DNA from: Bythopirellula sp. | GTDB taxonomy: Bacteria > Planctomycetota > Planctomycetia > Pirellulales > Lacipirellulaceae | Direction of reading: 5' to 3' | Assembly (NCBI GenBank): GCA_965216565.1 | Contig: OZ244170.1 | Span: 2,176,001-2,240,000, forward strand | DNA: 64,000 nucleotides | Shown: in pieces, positions 1 to 8,899 of the stretch | Position numbering within the stretch: position 1 is the first letter of the stretch | Layout: the number at the start of each line of letters is the position of its first letter | Notes under the pieces: generated by a model | What the model was told of the DNA's origin: nothing | Seen by the model: the letters and a program-made list of their open reading frames with translations, nothing else | Database searches by the model: none | Made by a program: the position numbers and the translations under genes

Positions 1-1
1 A

Positions 2-3000
2 CTCGATGAGTTGCACAAAGACTTGCTGATAGGTGTAACCAGCATGTTCCGCGACCCAGAGGCTTTCGACAGCTTAAAAAACACGCTACTGAACTATCTT
101 GATGAGTCTCACGGTACTCGCAATGAATTCCGTGCCTGGGTTTCTGCCGCCGGCACGGGCGAGGAAGCCTATTCAATCGCTATCATTTTGGACGAATGCC
201 TGCGAGAGCTCGGCTTGAGACTCCCTGTGAAAATTTTCGCAACCGATGTCAATCAAGCATCGCTCGATACAGCTCAGGCCGGAGTCTATAGCAAAGATGA
301 GCTGGAAGAGATTAGTCCCGAGCGATTGGAGCGATACTTCAGCGAAGTCGAGGGGGGATACCAGATAGAGCAAGACATCCGCCAGATGATAGTCTTTGCG
401 CCCCACAATTTGGTGAAAGATACCCCCTTCACTAGGCTTGATCTGATCTCATGCCGGAACTTTTTGATTTACTTGCGGCCCTTGGCCCAGAAAAAAATCA
501 TTTCGCTTTTTCATTTCGGGCTGAAGACGGGCGGATTGCTCTTCCTAGGTGCCAGCGAGACGACGGGCGATCTGGCGGACGAATTTGAGCCTTTGATCGA
601 CCGGTGGAATATCTACCGCAAGCGGAGAGACGTTCACATCTCACAGGTGATTGATGGCGTGCTGAATGCCGACATCAATAAACCGAAAGCCTCCGGCCAA
701 GACACTATAGTACCGCGAATTCCCAGGGAACCCGATCTGCAGTCAACGTACGACGAGTTACTCGGCGAGTACATGCCTGCAGCCATTCTTGTAGATCACA
801 ACTGCGAGATGCTCCACATGTTTGGAGGAGCAGGGGAGTTTCTCACAATTCGTGACGGACGTCCTAGCAACAGATTGCTCGACATGGTGGACGGCAATCT
901 AAAACTGGCCATCACTGGGGGAATTCAATCGGCTGAAAAGAAATCGAAACGGGTGCGTTATCACTCTGTGATGGCAAATACTGCCAGCGGAACTCGGCCG
1001 CTTGAAATAGAGATAATTCCAGTCGGACAGAAAGAGCATTTTGCAAAATATCTTATCACGTTTAACGATGTAGAAGAATCGAAACTGCCTGCAGCTGGCC
1101 CGAGCGAAAATCTGGATGTCTCTGAGGTTACTCGCGACCAAATCGAAGGGCTCGAACAAGATCTTCGTCGAGCCAAACAAAGTTTGCGATCCACCGTCGA
1201 GGAACTAGAGACCAGCAACGAAGAACTTCAGGCGACTAATGAAGAACTGACCGCATCGAACGAAGAATTACAAAGCACGAACGAAGAACTTCATTCTGTT
1301 AACGAAGAACTTTACACAGTCAACGCCGAGTTCCAGAAAAAGATTCTTGATCTGACCGAGATGACGCATGACATGGAGAATTTGCTGGAAAGCACTGAAG
1401 TGCATACGCTTTTTCTCGATGAGAACCTATGCGTTCGGAAGTTCACCCCCATGATGGCGGAAGTTTTCAATCTGGTAACTCGCGATATAGGGCGGAGGAT
1501 TTCATCCTTCTCCTATAATCTCGACTGCGAAGACCTCACCGGTCGAGCTTCTGAAGTACTCGAAACCGGAGAGCTATTCGAACAACGGGTCAATGAAAAT
1601 GAGGACCAACAGTTTTTGTTGAGGATGCTGCCTTATCGAGCTGAGAATCGCATCAGCGGTGTCGTCCTGACACTGGTAGATATCACCACGCTAGCCGAAG
1701 CAGAAGAAGATGCTCTTCACGAACGCGAACGCTTCCAGCGCGCCATCCTGGCCAATCGCGATGGCACCTGGGACTGGCCCGATGTCGCCAACGAAAATAT
1801 GTGGTGGTCCGACACGTGCTACCAATTACTCGGTTACGAACCTGGAGAATTTCCTGCGACCTATTCTCAGTGGCTGAAGAATGTACATCCGGAAGATCGA
1901 GCCCTCATTGAGCAGACGAGCGTTCCTTCCCAAGAAAAATGCTTTGTCGAGTTGCATCGCCAGTTTGAATACCGAATGCAACACAAATCGGGCGAGTACC
2001 GTTGGTATGAGCATCGAGCCATCATTGACTTTGGCGATGACGGCTCGCCCCTGCGAATGACGGGCACTGTTGGTGACATTCACGATCGCAAAATATCAGA
2101 ATTCCACAGCGTGGAAGAAATTCATCGCCGGGACAATTTCCTAGCAATGCTTTCTCATGAGCTCCGCAATCCCATGGGGGCTGTCCTGAGCGCGATCAAC
2201 TCAGCCAAATCCCCTAACGAGAGTCCTGCGGATGGCCAGGCTGAACTTCATTCCCTTGAAACAGCAAAAGACGCCATGCAAATCATTGGACGTCAAACGA
2301 AATATATGGCAAGGCTGTTGGACGATTTGCTCGATGTTGCCCGATTCGGCCAAAATCGAATTGAATTCCGCCAAGAGGTTGTCGATCTCAAGCTATTAGC
2401 GGAAGAAGTCATGGAGGCTTTTTCACACGAGCTTCGAGATAAAGACATGGAACTGCACATAGATTTTGGCAGCGAACCTATCTTTGTGGTTGCAGACCCA
2501 GCTCGGATGAAGCAGGCCCAAATCAATCTCCTCAGCAACGCTGCGAAGTACACGCCCGAGGGAGGCGACATCTGGTACGAAATCTCGCAGCAAGCTAACG
2601 AAGCCATCATTTCGATCCGTGACAATGGCGATGGCATTCCTCCGAAAATGCTGGATTCGATCTTTGAGCTATTTGTTCAATCGGAATCTAATCTTGCCCA
2701 TGCGTCAGGCGGAATCGGCGTAGGGCTTTCCCTGGCACGAAGCATTGTGGAGGCGCATTACGGAACGCTCACTGCCGAAAGTGAAGGGGAGGGACAGGGA
2801 AGTACGTTCACAATTCGTCTGCCGGTAACCGTGAATACCAAAAAGGCGGTCGTACCTGTCCCGCACATCTCTTTCGACGATCGCAGCTTATTACTGGTAG
2901 AAGACAATGACGATGCACGCATGATGCTCGCGAAAACGCTACGCATGCAAGGGTTCGTCGTTCACGAGGCTAGCGATGGCTTTTCGGCACTCGAAAAATT

Positions 3001-3259
3001 TAAGAATGTCAGCCCGGAAGTTGCCATCGTCGATATTGGACTGCCCGTGATGGATGGCTACCAATTTGCCAGAGCTGTACGTCAGCTTGAATTGGACTGG
3101 GATTTTGTTCTCATTGCATTGACCGGGTACGGTCAAGATTCCGACCGGGAACAAGCCCTCAAGTCTGGCTTCGATGCCCATCTGGTCAAACCGCTCGACC
3201 CTGTCGAACTCTATCGAACCCTGGCCCAAAATCTCTCACCTGCACACATCCAGCAGTAA
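2..3259 (+). CDS. CheR-methyltransferase/PAS/histidine kinase/receiver hybrid (CheB-CheR-type fusion kinase), 5'-partial
   Basis: Frame is open from the window edge. CheR motifs (GTGEEAYS, IFATDV, DLISCRNFLIY), EEL/NEEL coiled-coil heptads, PAS-like segments, H-box SHELRNPM, N-box NLLSNAAKY, G-boxes DNGDGI and GIGVGL, C-terminal REC (VEDN, VDIGLP, KP). Confidence 0.92.
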   Translation, partial: LDELHKDLLIGVTSMFRDPEAFDSLKNTLLNYLDESHGTRNEFRAWVSAAGTGEEAYSIAIILDECLRELGLRLPVKIFATDVNQASLDTAQAGVYSKDELEEISPERLERYFSEVEGGYQIEQDIRQMIVFAPHNLVKDTPFTRLDLISCRNFLIYLRPLAQKKIISLFHFGLKTGGLLFLGASETTGDLADEFEPLIDRWNIYRKRRDVHISQVIDGVLNADINKPKASGQDTIVPRIPREPDLQSTYDELLGEYMPAAILVDHNCEMLHMFGGAGEFLTIRDGRPSNRLLDMVDGNLKLAITGGIQSAEKKSKRVRYHSVMANTASGTRPLEIEIIPVGQKEHFAKYLITFNDVEESKLPAAGPSENLDVSEVTRDQIEGLEQDLRRAKQSLRSTVEELETSNEELQATNEELTASNEELQSTNEELHSVNEELYTVNAEFQKKILDLTEMTHDMENLLESTEVHTLFLDENLCVRKFTPMMAEVFNLVTRDIGRRISSFSYNLDCEDLTGRASEVLETGELFEQRVNENEDQQFLLRMLPYRAENRISGVVLTLVDITTLAEAEEDALHERERFQRAILANRDGTWDWPDVANENMWWSDTCYQLLGYEPGEFPATYSQWLKNVHPEDRALIEQTSVPSQEKCFVELHRQFEYRMQHKSGEYRWYEHRAIIDFGDDGSPLRMTGTVGDIHDRKISEFHSVEEIHRRDNFLAMLSHELRNPMGAVLSAINSAKSPNESPADGQAELHSLETAKDAMQIIGRQTKYMARLLDDLLDVARFGQNRIEFRQEVVDLKLLAEEVMEAFSHELRDKDMELHIDFGSEPIFVVADPARMKQAQINLLSNAAKYTPEGGDIWYEISQQANEAIISIRDNGDGIPPKMLDSIFELFVQSESNLAHASGGIGVGLSLARSIVEAHYGTLTAESEGEGQGSTFTIRLPVTVNTKKAVVPVPHISFDDRSLLLVEDNDDARMMLAKTLRMQGFVVHEASDGFSALEKFKNVSPEVAIVDIGLPVMDGYQFARAVRQLELDWDFVLIALTGYGQDSDREQALKSGFDAHLVKPLDPVELYRTLAQNLSPAHIQQ

Positions 3260-3409
3260 TTCGCCATCCCTAGACCACTCCGGTCTGTTAACTTTTGCAC
3301 CTACTTGACGTGCAATTTGCATTCAGTAAGTTTTTCCAGACGAGGATGGAAAAACATCTCCAGATGATCTCTAAATGACAGCATTCTTGATTAGCAACAG
3401 GGAAGTTAG

Positions 3410-3652
3410 ATGGCTGGTTCTCACACCAACTCCGGAAACGAAGAGGAATCGAACTCTACCGAGGCTCAAATTCGCATCCGCGAACAGCTTCATTCGGTGC
3501 AAATAGGGCTCGATCTACTAAGAAGAGAGATGTTAGCAGGCAAGTTTCGTAGTGCCGAAGACACCTATTCCACGATTGTTCAGTGCCTAGGAAAGATCTC
3601 GAATGATGATTTGCTAGCAGGCAGCAATTCTGACGACTCAAACGACTCCTAA
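3410..3652 (+). CDS. 80-aa protein homologous to the middle (DHp-like) helix of the downstream CsrA-REC protein
   Basis: ATG with upstream AGGGA; 13/33 identities by eye to the central segment of 3922..4686. Confidence 0.7.
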   Translation: MAGSHTNSGNEEESNSTEAQIRIREQLHSVQIGLDLLRREMLAGKFRSAEDTYSTIVQCLGKISNDDLLAGSNSDDSNDS

Positions 3653-3865
3653 GGAATCTTCGCAACCGGCCAAAAATAAGCCGCAAAGTGATGTTGACTG
3701 TGCAAATAGACTTGGAATAAATTGATGCACGTTCGAAGTTTGCCGACCAACAATCCACTATGATTTTCGGAGAAAATATCGCGTCGGGTTCATACCCTAG
3801 GCCGATTGGAAATTGGTCTACTAAAGCATGGAAGCTTGAATTAGTTCGCTGTCGAAAGATCGAAT

Positions 3866-3910
3866 CTCCAAGGATGGAGCTCGCGAATTTGCGATGAAAC
3901 CTCAAGGAGG
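3866..3910 (+). promoter_or_regulatory. Putative CsrA-binding sites in the leader of the CsrA-REC gene
   Basis: CTCC-AAGGAT-GGAG hairpin (3866-3879) matches the CARGGAUG CsrA consensus; a second AAGGA (3904-3908) overlaps the Shine-Dalgarno. Confidence 0.55.
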
Positions 3911-3921
3911 AAACTTATTCC

Positions 3922-4686
3922 ATGCTAGTCCTAAGCCGCAAGGAAAACCAGAAGATTCGTTTTCCTGATCTCGATGTGACAGTTGAAATTCTCCGCGTAA
4001 AAGGCTCCGCCGTTCGAGTTGGAGTCGACGCCCCCATGGAAATCAGAATCCTTCGTGATGAAATCGAAGAGTTTGAGTCCAAACCTAACCCCCAGCAACA
4101 TATCGTTCGGTTGCCCCAGTCCGAGCGGCATGAAGTCCGCAACAAGCTCAATTCGCTGAGCATTGCACTTCATCTCTGCAAGCAAGAAATGGTCGCCGGG
4201 CACTTCGACGACGCTCAACAAACTTTCGAAAAGGTCTTCGAACAGATCCAAAATATCGTACAGGACGAAAAAACGCCTCAGGAACCAATCCCGGCTGTCG
4301 AGAATCCCCAGAAAACGGCACTTCTTGTCGAAGACGAAGACAATGAGCGCGAAATGCTGGCCGGGTTCCTCCGTCTTCACGGGTACGAAGTGGTGACCGC
4401 ATCTAATGGCTTAGAAGCGATCGACTACTTAGAATCCAACTCCAAGCCATCACTCGTTTTGATGGACATGCGGATGCCGCGTTGCGATGGGCCTACCACC
4501 ATTCGCCGTATTCGCGAAAATCCAGAACTGGAAGCCCTAAAGATCTTCGCGATTAGCGGATCTTCACCCGAAGAGAACCAGTTTGGAAATCTGGATGAAA
4601 GCATCGACCAGTGGTTCATGAAGCCACTCGATCCCAGAAATCTTGTCGCTGCTATGGCCGATTCGCTCGAGCCGACAGCAGCCTGA
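3922..4686 (+). CDS. CsrA domain - H-box-like helix - receiver domain fusion protein
   Basis: N-terminal MLVLSRK...VRVGVDAP...ILRDE is CsrA; central HEVRNKL; REC with VEDED, LMDMRMP, MKP; SD AAGGAGG. Confidence 0.9.
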   Translation: MLVLSRKENQKIRFPDLDVTVEILRVKGSAVRVGVDAPMEIRILRDEIEEFESKPNPQQHIVRLPQSERHEVRNKLNSLSIALHLCKQEMVAGHFDDAQQTFEKVFEQIQNIVQDEKTPQEPIPAVENPQKTALLVEDEDNEREMLAGFLRLHGYEVVTASNGLEAIDYLESNSKPSLVLMDMRMPRCDGPTTIRRIRENPELEALKIFAISGSSPEENQFGNLDESIDQWFMKPLDPRNLVAAMADSLEPTAA

Positions 4687-4787
4687 CTCCTACACGCTAC
4701 ATTGCTCTTGTAAAGGATTGATGCGGTCGAGCAATTGTTCGAAGTCGCAAGGATTGTGACCAAGCCGCGGGGAGTAGTGTACATGTC

Positions 4788-4831
4788 CGGAGGAGAGTCA
4801 GGCATTGCTTGGCTCTCCTCCGTTTTTTTTT
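4788..4831 (+). terminator. Rho-independent terminator
   Basis: 13-bp stem CGGAGGAGAGTCA/TGGCTCTCCTCCG (one G-U pair) followed by T9. Confidence 0.8.
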
Positions 4832-4863
4832 GACAGGCGGCTCTCCTCAAGACTCTGTCTTCT

Positions 4864-5457
4864 CTACGGCTCAGCATTCACGTCATCGTCGTCGCCATTT
4901 TCCACAGCAATGGGGATCGCAATTGCCGCAGCAATCAGCCCACCCAGTATAAGTCGTTGCTGAGCTACCCGACTTCTACCACCATAGCCTCTGCCACCAC
5001 CGCACACGCCGCTGCCACAGACGGGCGAACCGCAATGCTGTCCCAGCACGGCAGAATCGTCTGGCACTATCAGCATTCCCGCAGTCGCGTGGGGTGGTGC
5101 TGTCTTGGCGGCCCAAGCGCGGACCAACTGCACGTGTTCACCCACTTGTAACTGGTAAGTGCTTCCGACAAGTCCTGTGACGGCGAATCGCCCCTCCGCA
5201 TCGGTCTTTACTTCCAGCGATTGCTGACCGCTGTACAGGCGAATAGACACCTTGGCCTGAGGCTGGCCGCTACTGCCAACAACCTGTCCGCGAAGGACGC
5301 CTCCATGCTCGAGTTCCACATCCGTCACGCGAATGGAATTCTCGCCTGCTGAAAAGTCCATGGCCGCCCCCTGAACCAATACAGGCTGGACCATCATCGC
5401 TAGCATTGCTAACCAGACAGCACTTTGAGAAAAGCACTGCTTCGATTGAATAGACAT
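4864..5457 (-). CDS. Secreted/membrane-anchored protein with carboxypeptidase-regulatory-like (transthyretin-like) domain
   Basis: Signal-like N-terminus, LRGQVV...TDAEGRF...GSTYQL motif, Cys/Gly-rich linker, C-terminal hydrophobic helix and acidic tail. Confidence 0.7.
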   Translation of the reverse strand: MSIQSKQCFSQSAVWLAMLAMMVQPVLVQGAAMDFSAGENSIRVTDVELEHGGVLRGQVVGSSGQPQAKVSIRLYSGQQSLEVKTDAEGRFAVTGLVGSTYQLQVGEHVQLVRAWAAKTAPPHATAGMLIVPDDSAVLGQHCGSPVCGSGVCGGGRGYGGRSRVAQQRLILGGLIAAAIAIPIAVENGDDDDVNAEP

Positions 5458-5814
5458 CCCCCCACACTCCTATCGCTTGCCCCTGAACGTAATAGAAATA
5501 CCCTGCACACCTTTGTAATGTGAAGGACGGTTTCTCTCCCTCCGCAATCGCATGAATTATCGTCACAATTCGCAAGCCTTCATCAGCATACCCAGCCGGA
5601 AGAGTCGAAAAACTTTACCAAGCGGCTATTGTTTGTCGCAATTGTGCGAAGGGAGCAGGTCTTCGCGCTCGAATTCTGCCTTCCGCTGCTAGCGGAAAAT
5701 TTACAATCTTCTGGCAAATGTACACCATTCACTGAACACGCCGCCAACGCTGGCAACTCCCTAAGATGTTAGCCAGCCGGTAAATACGCCGCACCACACT
5801 TTTCTGCCGCACCC

Positions 5815-5831
5815 TTGGCACGCCGTATGCG
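5815..5831 (+). promoter_or_regulatory. Putative sigma54 (-24/-12) promoter of csrA
   Basis: TTGGCACGCCGTATGCG against consensus YTGGCACG-N4-TTGC, with correct GG-N10-GC spacing, about 75 bp upstream of the ATG. Confidence 0.6.
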
Positions 5832-5905
5832 TATCACAAGGCAGGTGTCAATCGGCACTGTCTTTTCTAAACCGGAACTTGTCTCACCAACAAAGGGAGT
5901 GTGTC

Positions 5906-6295
5906 ATGTTGGTTCTTACCAGGAAGCAGAACGAAAAAATTCGCATTGGCGATTCTATCACCATCACGGTATTGCGAATGAAAGGCAAAGCGGTTCGACT
6001 GGGCATCGAAGCGCCACACGACATTAATGTGATTCGCGGAGAACTCTGCTTCGATCTTGGCGAGGAATCGACCGATTCCCTACCAGATGTTGCAGACCAA
6101 ACTGATGAAAGGCTCGTCCCGCCAAAGAGCAAGCCACTCATTAGCAGCAACTCGAACACCACCAGTGCGGTAGCAAAAGAAGAAACCTCACATTGGCCCG
6201 TCGAGTCGAGCCAAGCAAGCCACCCGCCGACGGCTAACTGCACGGTACCCTTGGGAGTCTCGCCACTCCGCGCGATGCTCGAAGCTCGCACTTAG
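5906..6295 (+). CDS. csrA: Carbon storage regulator CsrA with long disordered C-terminal tail
   Basis: MLVLTRKQNEKIRIGDSITITVL...VRLGIEAP...VIRGEL; SD AGGGAG; start reassigned to ATG 5906. Confidence 0.9.
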   Translation: MLVLTRKQNEKIRIGDSITITVLRMKGKAVRLGIEAPHDINVIRGELCFDLGEESTDSLPDVADQTDERLVPPKSKPLISSNSNTTSAVAKEETSHWPVESSQASHPPTANCTVPLGVSPLRAMLEART

Positions 6296-6329
6296 GCTGG
6301 ACGTCGTTTGCTGTCACGCATCCGCAGTT

Positions 6330-7646
6330 TTAGTAACTGCCGGACAAAGCCCACTCTTTCCGCCGACGGCAAGAGTGGGCCAAGAGAAAGCTGCACACCA
6401 GCACCACGCTCGTGGGTTCGGGGACAGTCGTCGCCAACGATTGGCTCCCCGAACCAGAACCCGTGTAGTTTTGTTGGTACGTGAGAAAATCAAGTCCATC
6501 CACTCGGCCGTCGACGTTCGAATCGCCCGTGGCCCAGGCCCCGCCCCCCAAAGCGTAGCCAGCCTGCCAGACGAGTAGATCATCGTGATCTACCGAGCCA
6601 TCGAGATTGGCATCGCCATAGTCAGTATCAAGTATCCCGTGCACGAAAGCATCTAAATCCGAATTGGCTGCCTGCGGAGTGGCATCGATCACTCCGTCGT
6701 CGAATAGGTCGTAGTTATCGACAACTTCAGGCACGCTCTTTCCATGGGCATCGAGCAATAGCTCAAGGTCTAAGTTATCGATTGAACTATCGAAATTCAG
6801 ATCCCCCGGTGCTGCAGACTCGATCGTGCTGCGTAGTAGTGCCCCGGGCACTAAGCTCTGAATCCAGGGGATATACGACGACGTCTTGATGGCCCAACTC
6901 CGCTTGCCATAGTCGACGGGGTTCTCTCCCGAACCAGCACGTGTCAGTGCGCCCAACACCCACTGGTCGTCACTCGTCTTGAGCAGCACCGGGCCACCGC
7001 TGTCGCCGTTATCGGAAATACCTTCTCGAGCAATAGCTCCACTTCCTGGGGCATCGAAATCGTATTTCAAGTCGGTTCCGATAATTGTATCAACGCGGTT
7101 CTGTGCACGATGATAAGTTCCAATGCCTGGGGTGTTATCTCCAGCAGGACCAAAGTATCCGTACCCGCCCACCTCAAGAATCTTGTTCACCTCGTCATTG
7201 ATGTCGTTCAGCGGCACATCGATCCAGTCGGTTGGCTCGGTGGATAGCTTTAGCAACGCTATATCACCGCTGGAGTGACTGTGTACTTCACTAACCGAGA
7301 ACGTCCCGCCATAGTTGGGCAGAAACACTGACAGGTCCGCAGGGCCCGTTAGCTCGTCATCGTCACTGACCACATGCTCGACCGTCAGCATCCACTTCTC
7401 GTGAATTAGCACACCGGACCCAAACTCCTCGGTCACTCCATTGTTCACCTTGCCGACGTTCGTCATCAGCCCATCGTAGCTAGTCCGCCACTGGGGATCG
7501 CCCGTTGGCCAGTCAGCCCTCCAGAACACAGCCGAACTCTCGCCACAAAGATTCACAGCCAGCAAACAGGCAAATAGGGCAAGATGACAATTCGACCGAA
7601 TCTTAACGATCGTATTTCGCAGATGTTGCCGCATTGGGAGTGGCAT
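6330..7646 (-). CDS. Trypsin-like (S1) serine protease with dockerin-like repeats and PEP-CTERM sorting signal
   Basis: Triad motifs LTVEHV, DIALLKL, GDSGGP; GDLNFD, GDANLDG and GDSNVDG Ca-binding repeats; VPEPT + hydrophobic + RRRK. Confidence 0.85.
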   Translation of the reverse strand: MPLPMRQHLRNTIVKIRSNCHLALFACLLAVNLCGESSAVFWRADWPTGDPQWRTSYDGLMTNVGKVNNGVTEEFGSGVLIHEKWMLTVEHVVSDDDELTGPADLSVFLPNYGGTFSVSEVHSHSSGDIALLKLSTEPTDWIDVPLNDINDEVNKILEVGGYGYFGPAGDNTPGIGTYHRAQNRVDTIIGTDLKYDFDAPGSGAIAREGISDNGDSGGPVLLKTSDDQWVLGALTRAGSGENPVDYGKRSWAIKTSSYIPWIQSLVPGALLRSTIESAAPGDLNFDSSIDNLDLELLLDAHGKSVPEVVDNYDLFDDGVIDATPQAANSDLDAFVHGILDTDYGDANLDGSVDHDDLLVWQAGYALGGGAWATGDSNVDGRVDGLDFLTYQQNYTGSGSGSQSLATTVPEPTSVVLVCSFLLAHSCRRRKEWALSGSY

Positions 7647-7833
7647 TTCAAGGATCGAAGGAGAATTACAAGATGCATGTGCCAGCCCATATTAAAGCAA
7701 GATGGCTCAGACGCAGCAACATTGAAGGGTAAATGGCTGCTGGGGCTAGGATTGCCCTCCACCGGAAAATGCTTGCGAACCTCTTCCCAGCTAGGCATGT
7801 CTTGCCAAGTTATATCGACTAGGATAATTCTCA

Positions 7834-8871
7834 ATGAACCAAGAAAAATTACGCGCGATCGGCTGGAAACCCTTCTTTCAGCAGCAGGTGGACGACTCCG
7901 ACGATGTTGTCATCGCCCGAGTATCGGCACACTATGGTAGCCAAGTCTTGCTACTCGGTGTCGAGGGCGAGTTCCGTGTGCCCGTGCAATTGGCTGAGTC
8001 TGCCGGTGAGATCGCAGTGGGCGATTGGCTAGTACTCGAAACTGCCGATCACCGGGCCGTCCAACGACTCGAACGTCAGACTCTACTCTATCGCAAGGCA
8101 TCCGGCATCGAAGTCAAATCGCAGGCTATCGCCGCGAATATCGATACCATCTTCATCGTTTGTTCTTGCAATGAGGACTTTAATCTCTCGCGTATCGAAC
8201 GCTATTTGGCTCTCGCGCTTCAAGCCGAGGCAATGCCCGTAGTGGTGCTCACCAAAGCCGATCTTTGCGACAATGTCACCGCGCTCCGTAAACAGGTCGA
8301 AAAGCTCCATGCCGGATTGGTTGTCGAAACGCTCGATGCCCGCGAGACAGAGCAAGCCGAAATCCTCAAGTCTTGGTGCGGGGCAGGGCAGTCAGTTGCG
8401 CTGCTCGGTTCTTCCGGTGTTGGCAAGTCGACGCTGGCCAATGCGTTGGGGGCCGCAGGCCAGGCAACGGGCGCGATTCGCCAGCACGATGGCAAGGGAC
8501 GGCACGTCACCACCGCGCGTTCCTTGCACCTACTTCCCTGTGGAGGAATCTTGGTCGACAACCCAGGCATGCGGGAACTGCAGCTGCCCGCGTGCGAAGA
8601 GGGGGTTACCGATTTATTCGTTGATGTTCTAGAGATTGCCGAGGGCTGCCGATTCAATAACTGTAGTCACGAGGCTGACGACGGCTGTGCCGTGCAGGCA
8701 GCACTAGAATCAGGGGAGCTCGACCAGCGTCGGTTTACAAGTTTTAAGAAACTACTTGCCGAACAGGCACGCAACGCACGATCGTTGGCCGAGCGTCATG
8801 AAGCAGATCGCAAAATGGGGCGATTTATCAAGTCTGCCTTGGCCGAAAAACGCCGCCGCCGTGATCAATAG
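7834..8871 (+). CDS. rsgA: Ribosome small subunit-dependent GTPase A
   Basis: AVGDW, AANID, TKAD, GSSGVGKS, GRHVT, DNPG, CRFNNCSH...C zinc finger. Confidence 0.93.
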   Translation: MNQEKLRAIGWKPFFQQQVDDSDDVVIARVSAHYGSQVLLLGVEGEFRVPVQLAESAGEIAVGDWLVLETADHRAVQRLERQTLLYRKASGIEVKSQAIAANIDTIFIVCSCNEDFNLSRIERYLALALQAEAMPVVVLTKADLCDNVTALRKQVEKLHAGLVVETLDARETEQAEILKSWCGAGQSVALLGSSGVGKSTLANALGAAGQATGAIRQHDGKGRHVTTARSLHLLPCGGILVDNPGMRELQLPACEEGVTDLFVDVLEIAEGCRFNNCSHEADDGCAVQAALESGELDQRRFTSFKKLLAEQARNARSLAERHEADRKMGRFIKSALAEKRRRRDQ

Positions 8872-8899
8872 CAAATTCCCGAGATCGGCCCGCATGAAC

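Noticed and set aside
1200..1330. Repeated AACGAAGAA units
   Set aside because: Encode the NEEL coiled-coil heptads typical of CheR-fusion kinases.
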